Below, one piece after another: positions 23,897 through 36,036 of a stretch of DNA of 64,000 nt. The notes beneath the pieces were generated by a model. That model did no database searches. It was not told the origin of the DNA and saw nothing but the letters and a program-made list of their open reading frames with translations. Each line of letters begins with the position of its first letter. The first letter of the stretch is position 1. Origin of the DNA: Octopus vulgaris (taxonomy: Eukaryota); assembly GCA_951406725.2 (NCBI GenBank), contig OX597818.1, positions 51,212,001 to 51,276,000 of the forward strand. Reading direction: 5' to 3'. The position numbers and the translations under genes were made by a program.

Positions 23897-23982
23897 CAGC
23901 TGATGAAACCTTTTACTTATAAATATCAAATAAATATATTAAAAAGTTTTAGTTTAAAATGTTTGCAATAAAAGTAACATGC

Positions 23983-24054
23983 CTCCCCGGCGGGGAATCG
24001 AACCCCGGTCTCCCGCGTGACAGGCGGGGATACTTACCACTATACTACCGAGGA
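23983..24054 (-). tRNA. tRNA-Asp(GUC) copy 32
   Basis: Consensus copy. Confidence 0.95.
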
Positions 24055-24847
24055 CAGCTGATGAAATCTTTTACTTATAAATATGAAATTATAAATGCAA
24101 AAGATATGCATTATATTTTTAGAACATTCTTATCGTTAAAACTGCAATCAGTTTTAATAGTGACAGAAAATGGTACATCAAAACAACGGGGGATTTTTTT
24201 TTCTTTTTTTGCTGTCACACTCTTCAATTCTTTTAATTTTGTTCCAATTGGCTTGAAACTTGGCGTATCGATGTTTACTAGATTTAGGAAATTTGTCATA
24301 AATTAATAAATAAAAGGATAATATCATTTGAAGTTTGCAAATTTTGGTTAATTTTAGCCAATCGAAAACCCGAGACACGTTAGTGCATTAGTGACTGTTA
24401 CTATAGTAACAAGCCAAGGCGTTGTCTGCTTAAAACTACTGCTCTATTTTTTTCGTTCGCCGATTTTCGTTGACGAGTACCTATATTCGGAACTTTCGTT
24501 TTTGAATCTTCGCTACAAAAGATGTATTAATTGTTTACCTGAACTGAACTACGACTACAATATAACACACAGTTTGTTTTTTAATTTTTCGCAAAAAAAT
24601 GTCAGTAAGGGTATTTTTCTTTTTAAATTGTCTACATTCCTTTTCGAACGTTTGTTATGCATTATTTTATCAGACAGAAAAACGTATGGGTCTTGAAATT
24701 ATAAAATTAAGTGAAAATTTTCAAATTAGGTAAATTGATTTAATTTTTACGCTAAATCTGATTTTGTTATTCACTTGTTCAATAAATGTTTTTAGAGAAA
24801 TGTTCACTAAAAATATGTTACTAATTAATTAAGCCCTAATTGATATT

Positions 24848-25229
24848 GGCGTAGGAGTGGCTGTGTAGTTAGTAGCTTGCTTACCAACCACATGGTTCCG
24901 GGTTCAGTCCCACTGCGTAGCACCTTGGGCAAGTGTCTTCTACTATAGCCTCGGGCCGACCAAAGCCTTGTGAGTGGATCTAGTAAACGGAAACTAAAAG
25001 AAGCCCGTCGTATGTATGTATGTGTGTGTGTATATGTTTGTGTGTCTGTGTTTGTCAACCGATGCTGGTGTGTTTACGTCCCCATAACTTAGCGGTTCGG
25101 CAAAAGAGACCGATAGAATAAGTACTAGACTTAGAAAGAATGAGTCCTGGGGTCGATTTGCTCGACTAAATGCGGTGCTCCAGCATGGCCGCAGTCAAAT
25201 GACTGAAACAAGTAAAAGAGTAAAAGAGA
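24848..25229 (+). mobile_element. Full-length tRNA-derived SINE family A (representative; copies throughout, e.g. 28146-28480, 33062-33450, 44296-44716, 59078-59490)
   Basis: tRNA-like head GGCGTAGGAGTGGCTGTG...GGTTCAGTCCC, central TA/TG microsatellite, tail ...GACTGAAACAAGTAAAAGAG. Confidence 0.85.
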
Positions 25230-25363
25230 TTATCCACTGGTTGGTTTAACCCTAATCGCTAACCGGGATAATACAGATACGTGTTCCCACCCCCACGACT
25301 TTGGATGATCATAACTTTCAGAAAAATGGATTTTTTTAATGAATTTTTTTATGAATATACGTA

Positions 25364-26156
25364 GATTTCCGTAAAAAACTTTTATTTTTTTACATAAGTA
25401 ATGAGAGCGAAAGAGACTAAGAGGAAGCGATTTTACGACGAGAAGGTTTCACTTTGAAGTCGACCTGTGTGTGTTTGATGGGGTGTGGGAGACAGACAGT
25501 ATGTTGTGTAAGTGAAGTGCTTCTGTTAGTGTGTGCGAAGAGACAGACATACATATACACATACACCGAGTACATACATACACACACACAGATACATACA
25601 CACACACATACATACATACATACACACACACATACTTACACACACACACATAGATACATACACACACACACATACATGCAGACATACATATACACATACA
25701 CCGAGTAAAAAATTACACTGAATCGACCATACATACATACACACATACATACACATACACACATACATAGATACACACACACACATACATGCAGACATAC
25801 ATATACACATACACCGAGTAAAAAATTACGATGAATCGGCCATACATACACACACACACACATACATAGATACATACATACATACATACATACACACATA
25901 CATGCAGACATACATACACACATACACCGAGTAAAAAATCAGTTATCTCTCTCTTTCACACATTACTCTCTCTCTGTCTCTTCGCACACACTAACAGAAG
26001 CACTTCACTTACACAACATACTGTCTGTCTCCCTCACCCCATCAAACACACACAGGCCGATTTCAAAGTGAAACCTTCTCGTCGTAAAATCGCTTCCTCT
26101 TAGTCTCTTTCGCTCTCATTACTTATGTAAAAAAATATAAGTTTTTTACGGAAATC
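25364..26156. repeat. Fold-back element with 184-bp inverted arms around a CA-rich tandem repeat
   Basis: 25364-25547 is a near-perfect reverse complement of 25973-26156. Confidence 0.9.
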
Positions 26157-27199
26157 GACGGAAATCTGCGCTACGACATGCGAAACTTCGCCGAATTTTT
26201 TTATGAATATACGTAGATTCCGAATATACAAAATTGGGTGGGGGAGTATTTTAGGAGGGGGTGGGGTGGGGTTCGGAATTTCGGAAAATTCACCGGAGTA
26301 CACTTCAATTCGTCTTAACTTTCAAGAAAATGGATATTTTTAAATGAAATTCTCAACAAATATACCTCAGATTATATAGATTACGAGGACCAAGGAATTT
26401 GGGGGGAAAAACTAATTGGTGGTTATTTTTGAGAACTGTTCCCCACTCGCTGGTGTTTCTGAACAAGTCCATATTTGTTTCATTTTCTCCGTTTTGTGCG
26501 TTTGTACATCCGTAGATTTCTACCACACACACACACACACACACAGATTATATAACAAATTATACTTTACACTTTTATATTTAACTGTGCGTGTATATTC
26601 CTTATTTTTGCTTCGGGTGTCTTCTGCCTTTCTATTAGAAACGTTTACCTGGGATTTTACTTAAAGTGGGAAAAAAACCGTATGCAACAGATAAATCGTC
26701 TTAATAGCATATTCCTGGGTACCAGACCTTTAGCTGTTATTTTTAGCATAACGAGTTTTCTGGTGAGGGCTTCATTTGCCTTCATTGCTTGTTTGTTGCT
26801 TCAGTACGGATGCACAAAAGCACAAAATAAATTAAACAAATATGGACGACTTGTTCCGAAACAATTCTCAAAAATAACCCCTAATTATTTTTCCCCAAAA
26901 TCCCTATGTCCTCGGAATCTACATAGTCCGAGGTACATTTGTAGAGAATTTCATTTAAAAATATCCATTTTCTTGATAGACGAATTGAAGTGGACTCCGG
27001 TAAATTTTCCGAAATTCCCCACCCAACACTTTCCCCAAAAAATTTTGTTTATTTGTAATCTACATGATATAACACTTACTCGTAGAAAATTTCATTAAAA
27101 AAATATCTATTTTTCTGAAAGTTATGATCATCCAAAGACGGTGGGGCATAAATCTGTAGTTATGCCACTAATTTATTAACCTCAGGCCATCCACTGGTT

Positions 27200-27365
27200 G
27201 GTTTAACCCTAATCGCTAATCCTACCTTAATTCTAACCCTAAATCCTAACTCTAGCCCTAAACCGTAATTCTAACCTAGACCCCAACAAAGCGCCAACCC
27301 TAACCCTAATTCTGACCTTAAGCGCCAACTCCAATCCTAACTCTAAACTCTAATTCTAAACCTAT
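27200..27365 (+). repeat. Degenerate (CCCTAA)n-like tract
   Basis: Repeated CCCTAA/TTCTAA hexamers. Confidence 0.65.
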
Positions 27366-28252
27366 AAAAATAAAATTAGGTAACAGAATAAAAGAATTTG
27401 AGGAAAATTACATCTGTGGAGACAGAAATGTCACGGCTAGAACGTCTTTGATCAAAGATATACGTGATCAGGTCTAAGCTGGTATTAAACAGCGTGTTCT
27501 GAGAACTATATGATTTTTTTTTAATCATTATTAATGTTGGAAGGCGGCGAGCTGGCAGAAACGTTAGCACTCCGGGCGAAATGCTAAGCGGTATTTCGTC
27601 TGCCGTTACGTTCTGAGTTCAAATTCCGCCAAGGTCGACTTTGCCTTTCATCCGTTCGGGGTCGATTAAATAAGTACCAGTTACGCACTGGGTCGATATA
27701 ATCGACTTAATCCGTTTGTCTGTCCTTGTTTGTCCTCTCTGTGTTTAGCCCCTTGTGGGTAGTAAAGAAATAGATATTTCGTCTGTCTTTACGTTCTGAG
27801 TTCAAATTCCACCGAGGTCGACTTTGCCTTTCATCCTTTCGTGGTCGATAAATTAAGTAGCAATTGCGTACTGGGGTCGATCTAATCGACTGGTCCCCTC
27901 CACGAAAATTTCGAGCCTTGTGCCTAGAGTAGAAAAGATTATTATTAATGTTGGAATTTCAGTGACTACTAGATGGCGATGATGATGGTGGTGGTGGTGG
28001 TGGTGGTGATTTAGCGTAGATTTCGATCGACGGAACTACCTATTCTTCATACGAGGTAGATGACCATTTCACAGACACAGGTATTCCTATGTGTGATAAG
28101 GGAGATCCTTTGAAATTCATCCGACAGACTAGTGCCATCAACCTTCCAGTCCCACTGCGTGGCATCTTGGGCAAGTGTCTTCTGCTATAGCCCCGGGCCG
28201 ACCAATGCCTTATGAGTGGATTTGGTAGACGGAAACTGAAAGAAGCCTGTCG

Positions 28253-28283
<31 letters not shown>

Positions 28284-28840
28284 ATGTCTGTGTTTGTCCC
28301 CCTAGCATTGCTTGACAACCGATGCTGGTGTGTTTACGTCCCCGTCATTTAGCGGTTCGACAAAAGAGACCGATAGAATAAGTACTGGGCTTACAAAGAA
28401 TAAGTCCCGGCTCGACTAAAGGCGGTGCTCCAGCATGGCCGCAGTCAAATGACTGAAACAAGTAAAAGAGTAAAAGAGTATACACTATTGAAAATGTTTA
28501 AAGAAGAGCAAAAAAAGAAAGCATGGAACGAATGAAGTAGTGTTTATGTCGTACATCCTCAAAGATGAATTTTTAATTAATATACTTTTACTGATTCATT
28601 TAATCGAATCTATAACAAATTATATTTTACATTATTTTATTACTTAAGCTGTCGAATATGTTACGTAAACCACGATCTCCTGTACAAAACGGAAAGGACC
28701 TCAAAGAAACGGCATTATTTTGGCTTTAGCAATAGAAGCAACATGCTATATTCGTCCAACTGACAAATAACTTTTATTTATTTATTTTTTTTACCTAAGT
28801 GACGACTCAGATTAATTAAACTGAGTATATTTTACACATT

Positions 28841-29100
28841 TGGAGGCGCGTGGCTTAGTGGTTAGGGTGTCAGCATCATGATCGTAAGATTGTGGTTTCG
28901 ATTCCTGGACCGGGCGACGCGTTGTGTTCTTGAGCAAAACACTTCATTTCACGTTTGCTCCAGTCCACTCAGCTGGCAAAAATGAGTAACGCTGCGATGG
29001 ACTGGCGTCCCGTCCAGCTGGGGAACACATACGCCATAGAAACCGGGAAACCGGGCCCATGAGCCTGGCTAGGCTTTAAAAGGGTGCATTTATTTATTTA
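28841..29100 (+). mobile_element. tRNA-derived SINE family C (related copies near 3.9k, 6.2k, 49.0k)
   Basis: GGAGGCGCGTGGCTTAGTGGTTAGG...GGTTTCGATTCC A/B boxes; (TTTA)n tail. Confidence 0.8.
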
Positions 29101-29536
29101 TATTTTACACATATAAACCAGCATACTAGAATTTATGTAGATATTCGGGGATTTCATAGGTGTAGTCTAAATCATACTTTATGAGCAAATGAGGCAACTT
29201 GTGATTACTAAGACTAATTAAAATGACTTAATTGACCTTTTATAATATATTTTATAAAGAATGTAATACCATACTTTAGAATTTTTGTAGATATTCTAGG
29301 ATTCTAGTATCTAGTTTCTCTGTGGTTCCTTCCGTATTGTACAGGGGTTATTGTTTTTTAGCGCTTTTTTTTTTAAGCAGCCGAAATGGGGTTCTTCTGA
29401 AGAATCTCTGGAGTTACGTTACTCGACAGGGTGTTATGCTCGGAGATCAAGGAATCTCTCCAGGTCGAACTGTAACTTCGTATTAAGAGGTCACAGCTCC
29501 GGCACTAGAGATATGGTATTTCAGAGGAAAGAATCG

Positions 29537-29809
29537 GGTATTCCTTCGATATAACTCGACACAATCAAAAAATTTCACTTTGGGTATTACCGTGGAAGCA
29601 AATGACAGTTCGATTCTGTTTTCTGCTTGGAAATTTGCGGATTTTACATACACACATGGAACGGGTAAGAACAAATATGCAAGGCTTTTTTTCTTCAAGT
29701 TTAAAATGAGACATTGCTGGCATAATTTCGTTATATCTATACTCTACAACCCATGGAAATATCCGAAGTGAAATGTTTTGATTTTGTTGAGTTATATCGA
29801 AGAAATGCC
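29537..29809. mobile_element. MITE family B, ~55-bp TIRs, 8-bp TSD
   Basis: GG...CC termini; TSD AAGAATCG at 29529-29536 and 29810-29817; second, inverted copy from 32817 truncated by a SINE at ~33065. Confidence 0.88.
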
Positions 29810-30339
29810 AAGAATCGTAAGAAGGAAGAATTGTAAATATGGGATTTGCAGCATATTACAAGGTCAGGGTACTTGATTCCACGCAAAAAATCCGAGGTTT
29901 TTCTTAGTGAAAATCGTGCGGGTGTTACACGAAAATTTTACCACGGATTCTTCAAGCCAAGCTAACCAGCAGGATACCTTGGGGAAAGCTCATAAATGAG
30001 ATTGTTGGATAATATATCCATAGTCTCAGTCAGTCACTGTTAGAAATCCAGCCGGAAAGTGCAATGACTGTTGCTTCTGATCGGAACATACAGGGGAGGG
30101 GGTCCTCAAGGATCTCCTCCAACGAAGAATGACGGATTGGTAGAATTATTAATGTGTGTATTACAACCGTCATTCGGGTGGTTATTTTATTTCATAACTT
30201 CGAATGAAATGTCAAACTGCATCTAATTTCTTTATTAGCCACAAGGGCCCAAACACAGAGGGGGACAATACAGCCTGATTGGGGTCAGACACACAATGAT
30301 TATATGACTTATAAAATTTGGCGATCCTTCGGTATAGGT

Positions 30340-30745
30340 ATCGCAAGTACCGGAAGTGGTTTTGTTTACATTTCTGAAGATAACAGAAACCCTTTTCTCT
30401 CACCCCTAACCCTAACCCTAACAGAAACCCTGACCCTAACCCCCATATATATATATAAAAAAAAAAACACTTTCTTGAAATGTATCCGATACTTCCGGTA
30501 CCTATACCAAAGTTACGCCTAAAATTTTACGAAATATAATGAAATCGAATGAGATACAACAAAATAAATTAAATGAAGCAGAGAGATGGCTTACGCTCCA
30601 ACCCCACGAGCCCCATTCAAACTGCATCCGAGCCAACACGGATGGCTTTCGAAAATCCGGAAGTAAACAACGAATTTGAATTCGAAAATCCGACCGCCGG
30701 AAGTAGTACCGCAGCAACGAGAGGTAAACTTGAATGTTATAAATA
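30340..30745 (+). promoter_or_regulatory. Putative ALMS1 promoter with clustered ETS-type CCGGAAGT motifs
   Basis: CCGGAAGT at 30350, 30491 (- strand), 30657 and 30697; local CpG enrichment just upstream of a candidate first exon. Confidence 0.55.
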
Positions 30746-30762
30746 TGGACGAGCGTAGTCAG
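30745..30762 (+). CDS. ALMS1: ALMS1-like candidate first coding exon (MDERSQ)
   Basis: ATG...CAG|GTAAAG donor, phase 0 matching the next exon; short, so tentative. Confidence 0.5.
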
Positions 30763-31781
30763 GTAAAGACTTTACTTGTTGACAATAACGCCTTGCATCT
30801 CGACAAGCCTTGTTTATTTCCTTATTTTGCCGTTGATTTCTCGGTTTTCTTGTACATCACACTTTCGATTTAAACATCAAAAGCTTGGATTTGATTTTAG
30901 TCAATGGTTTTACTGTTGAGAGTTTGGGGCAAAGCATCGGGACATGTCGGAACTCGTCGTCCAACGGTTTTCATCACAAAGTCGACGGCCAACTCTTGAT
31001 GTTTAACATTCATTAGTTTTTTCCCGTTTCTGCTGTGGTGTCTAGACTTGTTACCAAAGACTTCACTTAGAATCTTATTTTCTAAAAAGATTCCTTACCA
31101 TATTAATTAACACTTCCATCACAGGCGTAAGTCGTTTAAAATCCCCCTTTTTTTTTCTCCTCTGCAGTTTACAATACTCTCTTTTTTACTCTTTTTACTT
31201 GTTTCAGTCATTTGACTGCGGCCATGCTGCAGCACCGCCTTTTTTAGTCGAGCAAATCGACCCCGGGAATTATTCTTTGTAAGCCCAGTACTTATTCTAT
31301 CGGCCTATTTTGCCGAACCGCTAAGTGACGGGGACGTAAGCACACAATAATAATTTTTCTTTCTGGGTTCTAATTTTATTTATATTTAATAATTTTTCTT
31401 CTGTTTATAATTTCTCTCGCATCTATGGTTCTTTTATAGGAACACACTACACAATAGTGTTTGCCTTCTGTAGTCTGTTTACTACACAGCTCTAAACTCC
31501 CTTGTTGCCAAGTCCCCGAGAAAAAAGGGTCTACAGTTCGTCGTAGGCAGAGGTTTTCACATTCTTGTCTACAAAGGATGAATTGATGTGAGTCCCTGGC
31601 GATCCGCGTTCGTGTCCTGGTTTCTCCCTTCATTCGTTTTGCGAATACATTACGAAATCTTGTATTTGAATTATGTACTCAAATCTTGTGATTGAGTTAT
31701 GTAGTCAAAATTTGAATGTCCCCTTTCTGCCCATTCAAAGGGGAAAAGTATCTTTACTATTAATTTTTTCTTTCTTTACTA

Positions 31782-31922
31782 TAAGGTTGTCCCAAAAGTT
31801 CGTAGAAAGTCTTGGAAAATAATGGTCTTTATTTTGAGGAATAATTTTTGTTGTTTTTGTTAGTACTTGGCGAGTAAAAATTCAATTTTCGCAAGTGTTT
31901 ACGAACTTTTGGGACAACCTAA
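31782..31922. mobile_element. Mariner-type MITE
   Basis: TA|TAAGGTTGTCCCAAAAGTTCGTA...TACGAACTTTTGGGACAACCTAA|TA; TIR resembles that of 46871-47436. Confidence 0.75.
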
Positions 31923-33505
31923 TATTATTATTTTCCTTAAATTCTATCTGATGAGTACTTGATGTTGTGTAAACTGAATCCATAATCCAAAATCACTTTC
32001 TGAAAAGAATATTTCGTTTTAATAACGATACAAAAGCATGAATTTTCTAAATTTTCCTACTACTTCAGGTTTATGCCGATGTAAGGAACTTTGCTGTTGT
32101 AGCTGGTTATGTCACAGAGTGCAACTTTATCGTCGTGTTTAGCAAGGGAATCAAATTTTAAGAATGTCTGATAATTCTTTGCTATTCATAATACTGTTGC
32201 TGTTACTGTTCCTTTCTTAATTATTCAATATCTACCGTTATCAAATTATTCAATATTTTATTGCTTGTGTCTTCAGTGATGCCTATTTCCTAGTTTATTT
32301 TCCGATTCTATCAAATTTAGTGTCACCTAGACTTAACTCGATAATAACCATAACAAACTAATGTTGCCATGTCAATTTAAAAACTAAACAAAAATGTCTG
32401 GATTATGATGTGTGTATGTTTCCGTGGGAGCACCATAGACAAATGCATGTAATGATATACTATTTGTGACCCGGTTGAGTTAACTGACATCTCATATTTA
32501 TATCATCTTCATATTCTGGCAAGTAAAACAATTTCTGCATTTATCCTCCTCAAGGCCTGGCGACAATTGTTGTTGCCGTTCCGTCCTTATATCAGTTCTG
32601 ATCGATCGAAATTATAATGGAGGGAACTCTAGTTATGATCACCTGTATTTCAATAGTCTACTCGGGCTCTGCATTTTCTTTTATAGGACTGCAGGGTGTG
32701 GTTCGACCATCTTGTAGAGCCCTCTTATCTGCTCAGAAAGCACTAATTAACATCATTAGTAGCAATGTGGTGCAAATGAATTCACTGGTCCTGTCTTCAG
32801 TAATTAAAAACAAAAAGGCATTACTTCGATATAACTCAACAAAATCAAAACATTTCACTTCGGATATTTCCATGGGTTGTGGAGTATAGATATAACGAAA
32901 TTATGCCAGCAATGTCTCATTTTAAACTTGAAGAAAAAAAGCCTTGCATATTTGTTCTTATCCGTTTCATGTGTGTATGTAAAATCCGCGAATTTCCAGG
33001 CAGAAAACAGAATTGAACTGTTATTTGCTTCCACGGAAATATCCGAAGTGAAGTGTTTTGATTTTACTCTTTTACTTGTTTCAGTCATTTGACTTTAGCC
33101 ATGCTGGAGCACCGCCTTTAGTCGAGCAAATCGACTCCAGAACTTATTCTTTGCAAGCCTAGTACTTATTCTATCAGTCTCTTTTGCCGAACTGCTAAGT
33201 CACGGGGACGTAAACACACCAGCATCGGTTGTCAAGCGATGTTGGGGGGGGACAAACACAGACACACAAACATATATACATATACACGACGGGCTTCTTT
33301 CAGTTTCCGTCTACCAAATCCACTCACAAGGCTTTGGTTGGCCCGAGGCTATAGCAGAAGACACTTGCCCAAGGTGCCACACAGTGGGACTGAACCCGGA
33401 ACCATGTGATTCGTAAGCAAGCTACTTACCACACAGCCACTCCTATGCCTGTGAAAGACGTGTCGCTTAATGACCCATTATAAAATCGAAACTTCATAAT
33501 TAGTT

Positions 33506-33646
33506 TACATTATTTTACATTTGACGGATATTTGTCCTCATCTTGTTTGTTGTTAACACAACGTTTCAGCTGATATATACTGTGATGAAGGCTGGAGGGT
33601 ATATCAGCTGAAATGGTGTGTTAACAACAAACAAGATGAGGACAAA
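33506..33646. mobile_element. Short palindromic copy of the hammerhead-bearing element
   Basis: Inverted arms matching the ends of 43083-43621; ~17-bp direct repeat AAACT(T/C)CATAATTAGTT at 33489-33505 and 33647-33663. Confidence 0.75.
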
Positions 33647-35184
33647 AAACTCCATAATTAGTTGTCATGCTCTGCCACAGCTTCGGAGACCATACTTTTC
33701 TTCTGCTATATATATTTCTTTACTACTCACAAGGGGCTAAACACAGAGGGGACAAACAGGTTAAGTCGATTACATCGACCCCAGTGCGATTAATCGACCC
33801 CGAAAGGATGAAAGGCAAAGTCGACCTCAGCGGAATTTGAACCCAGAACGTATCAGCAGATGAAATACCTATTTCTTTGCTCCCCACAAGGGGCTAAACA
33901 CAGACAGGACAAACAAGGACAGACAAATGGATTAAGTTGATTATATCGACCCCAGTGCGTAACTGGCACTTATTTAATCGACCCCGAAAGGATGAAAGGC
34001 AAAGTCGACCTCAGTGGAATTTGAACCCAGAACGTATCAGCAGATGAAATACCTATTTCTTTGCTCCCCACAAGGGGCTAAACACAGACGGGACAAACAA
34101 GGACAGACAAATGGATTAAGTTGATTATATCGACCCCAGTGCGTAACTGGCACTTATTTAATCGACCCCGAAAGGATGAAAGGCAAAGTCGACCTCGGCG
34201 GAATTTGAACTCAGAACATAGTGACAGACGAAATACGGCAGATGAAATACCGCAAAGCATTTCGCCCGGCGTGCTAACATTTCTGCCAGCTCACCACTAT
34301 ATAGTCGAAAGTAACGGCCCTTGAAAGATCAGTAGATGAAGTTCCTCAGTAACCGAGTGATGTGTCATTGTTACCAAGCTCCGGAAAAATGAGAGGCTAA
34401 GTTAAGATTTGAACTCAGAATGTAAAGAGCTGGAACGAATAGAGTAGAGCCTTTGTCAATTACTCTAATCGTACTGCTAAGTGGCCATGTTCATTTTTAT
34501 ATTTGTCAGTTTTACTAAGATGTTGCTGCTTTTGGCAGTGTTCTCTTCTCTATACTCTTTTACTCTTTTACTTGTTTCAGTCATTTGACTGCGGCCATGC
34601 TGGAGCACCACCTTTAGTCGAGCAAATCAACCCCAGGACTTTTTTTTGTAAGCCTAGTATTTATTGTATCGGTCTCTTTTGCTGAACCACTAAGTTATGG
34701 GGATGTAAACACACCAGCATCAGTTGTCAAACGATGTTGGGGAACAAACACAAACACACACACCACATGTGTACTGTTGACGATTTTTTTTCCTCTGTCT
34801 TCCCTTCTCTGGATCTTTCCTTCTCCTATGTTTCCTACGAAGAACTCCGCTCGAAACATTAAACGTTCCTTCTTTCTGTCTTTCCTGAGTGTCCAATAAT
34901 ACTATATTTGTTCCACGTCCTCGCATTGTTGTGTTTTTTTTGGCTTTCATGTTTGGATTAACTTTATATACATATACATATATACGACGGGCTTCTTTCA
35001 GTTTCCGTCTACCAAATCCACTCACAAGGCTTTTGTCGGCCCGAGGCTATAGTAGAAGACACTTGCCCAAGGTGCCACGCAGTGGGACTGAACCCGGAGC
35101 CATGTGGTTGGTAAGCAAGCTACTTACCACACAGCCATTCCTACACCTAAATGTAATACAAAGTGTGTGTTTTTTGTTTTTCAG

Positions 35185-35394
35185 ACTTGGTTCACGCTCT
35201 TAGAGGAATCTTCAGAATGGAATGAGAATAGCAATGCCTCTCAAGGCACTACCAATCTGGCAGCATCAACATTTATCGGCAGCACACAAAAGCAAAAAGA
35301 TCTGCCTCTGCTCTCAAGAGTATTATTTAACAGTTACGGCCAGATACTCTCTCCAATTAAATCTGCAAACACTGAGCCAGTTCAGACATTTGAG
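35185..35394 (+). CDS. ALMS1: ALMS1-like exon
   Basis: Strong acceptor and GTAAGA donor; 70 open codons TWFTLLEESSEW...PVQTFE; phase 0/0. Confidence 0.75.
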
Positions 35395-35559
35395 GTAAGA
35401 AGTTTTTGTTCATATCATTCCATTGATACTCATCCTTAGCTGTGGGATTAAGAAGTTGGTTTCCCAACCATGTGGTTTCGGGTTCAGTCCCACCATACGG
35501 CTGTGTGGCACCTTCAGCAAGTGCTTTTACAGTAGCCTCACATCAACAGTACCATTCGA

Positions 35560-36004
35560 GCATGATCATTGCCAGTGCCGCCTGACTGGCTCCTGTGCCA
35601 GTGGAACATATAAAGCACCCACCACACCTTGGGAGTGGATTAGGGACATGGAAAATGAAAGAAACCTAAATGAAAATCGAAATCAATCAACATCAATGGA
35701 AATTGTAGCTGTGATACCAGTGCCGGTGGCACGTAAGAGAACCATCCGAACGTGGCCGTTGCCAGCGCCGCCCCGACTGGCATCCGTGCCGGTGACACGT
35801 AAAAAGCACCATCTGATCGTGGCCGTTTGCCATCCTCATCTAGCACGTAAAAAGCACCCACTACACTCATGGAGTGGTTGGCGTTAGGAAGGGCATCCAG
35901 CCGTAGAAACACTGCCAGATCAGACTGGGCCTGGTGCAGCCTTCTGGTTTCCCAGACCCCAGTTGAACTGTCCAACCCATGCTAGCATGGAAAGCAGATG
36001 CTAA

Positions 36005-36035
<31 letters not shown>
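35560..36035 (+). mobile_element. SINE family D with internal tandem units and (GAT)n tail (many copies, e.g. 48240-48505, 49380-49870, 52440-52875, 61370-61920)
   Basis: Recurrent GTGCCGGTGGCACGTAAAAAGCACC units and 3' end GTTAGGAAGGGCATCCAG...CATGCTAGCATGGAAA..(GAT)n. Confidence 0.75.

Positions 36036-36036
<1 letters not shown>

Larger units (their letters stand above)
14800..24085 (-). repeat. Tandem tRNA-Asp(GUC) array, 158-bp unit (72-bp gene + 86-bp AT-rich spacer), in blocks of 7, 15 and 10 copies plus partial copies at 14825-14849 and 17981-18034
   Basis: Direct reading of the periodicity; TTTT Pol III terminator ~10 nt 3' of each gene; TATA-like TATTTATAA ~21-29 nt upstream. Confidence 0.97.

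Noticed and set aside
14800-24085. Regular repeat-spacer pattern resembling a CRISPR array
   Set aside because: The spacers are near-identical, the repeat folds as tRNA-Asp, the context is eukaryotic and there are no cas genes.
18097-24306. Short ORFs such as MFAIKLRCLP... in the array
   Set aside because: Antisense translations of the tRNA repeat unit.
24848-24925. SINE heads as genuine tRNA genes (also 28841 and 43337)
   Set aside because: The cloverleaf is imperfect and they continue directly into repeated SINE or element bodies.
27200-27365. Telomere or chromosome-fusion scar
   Set aside because: The tract is short and degenerate with no head-to-head arrangement, and similar CCCTAA tracts are carried by MITEs in this window.
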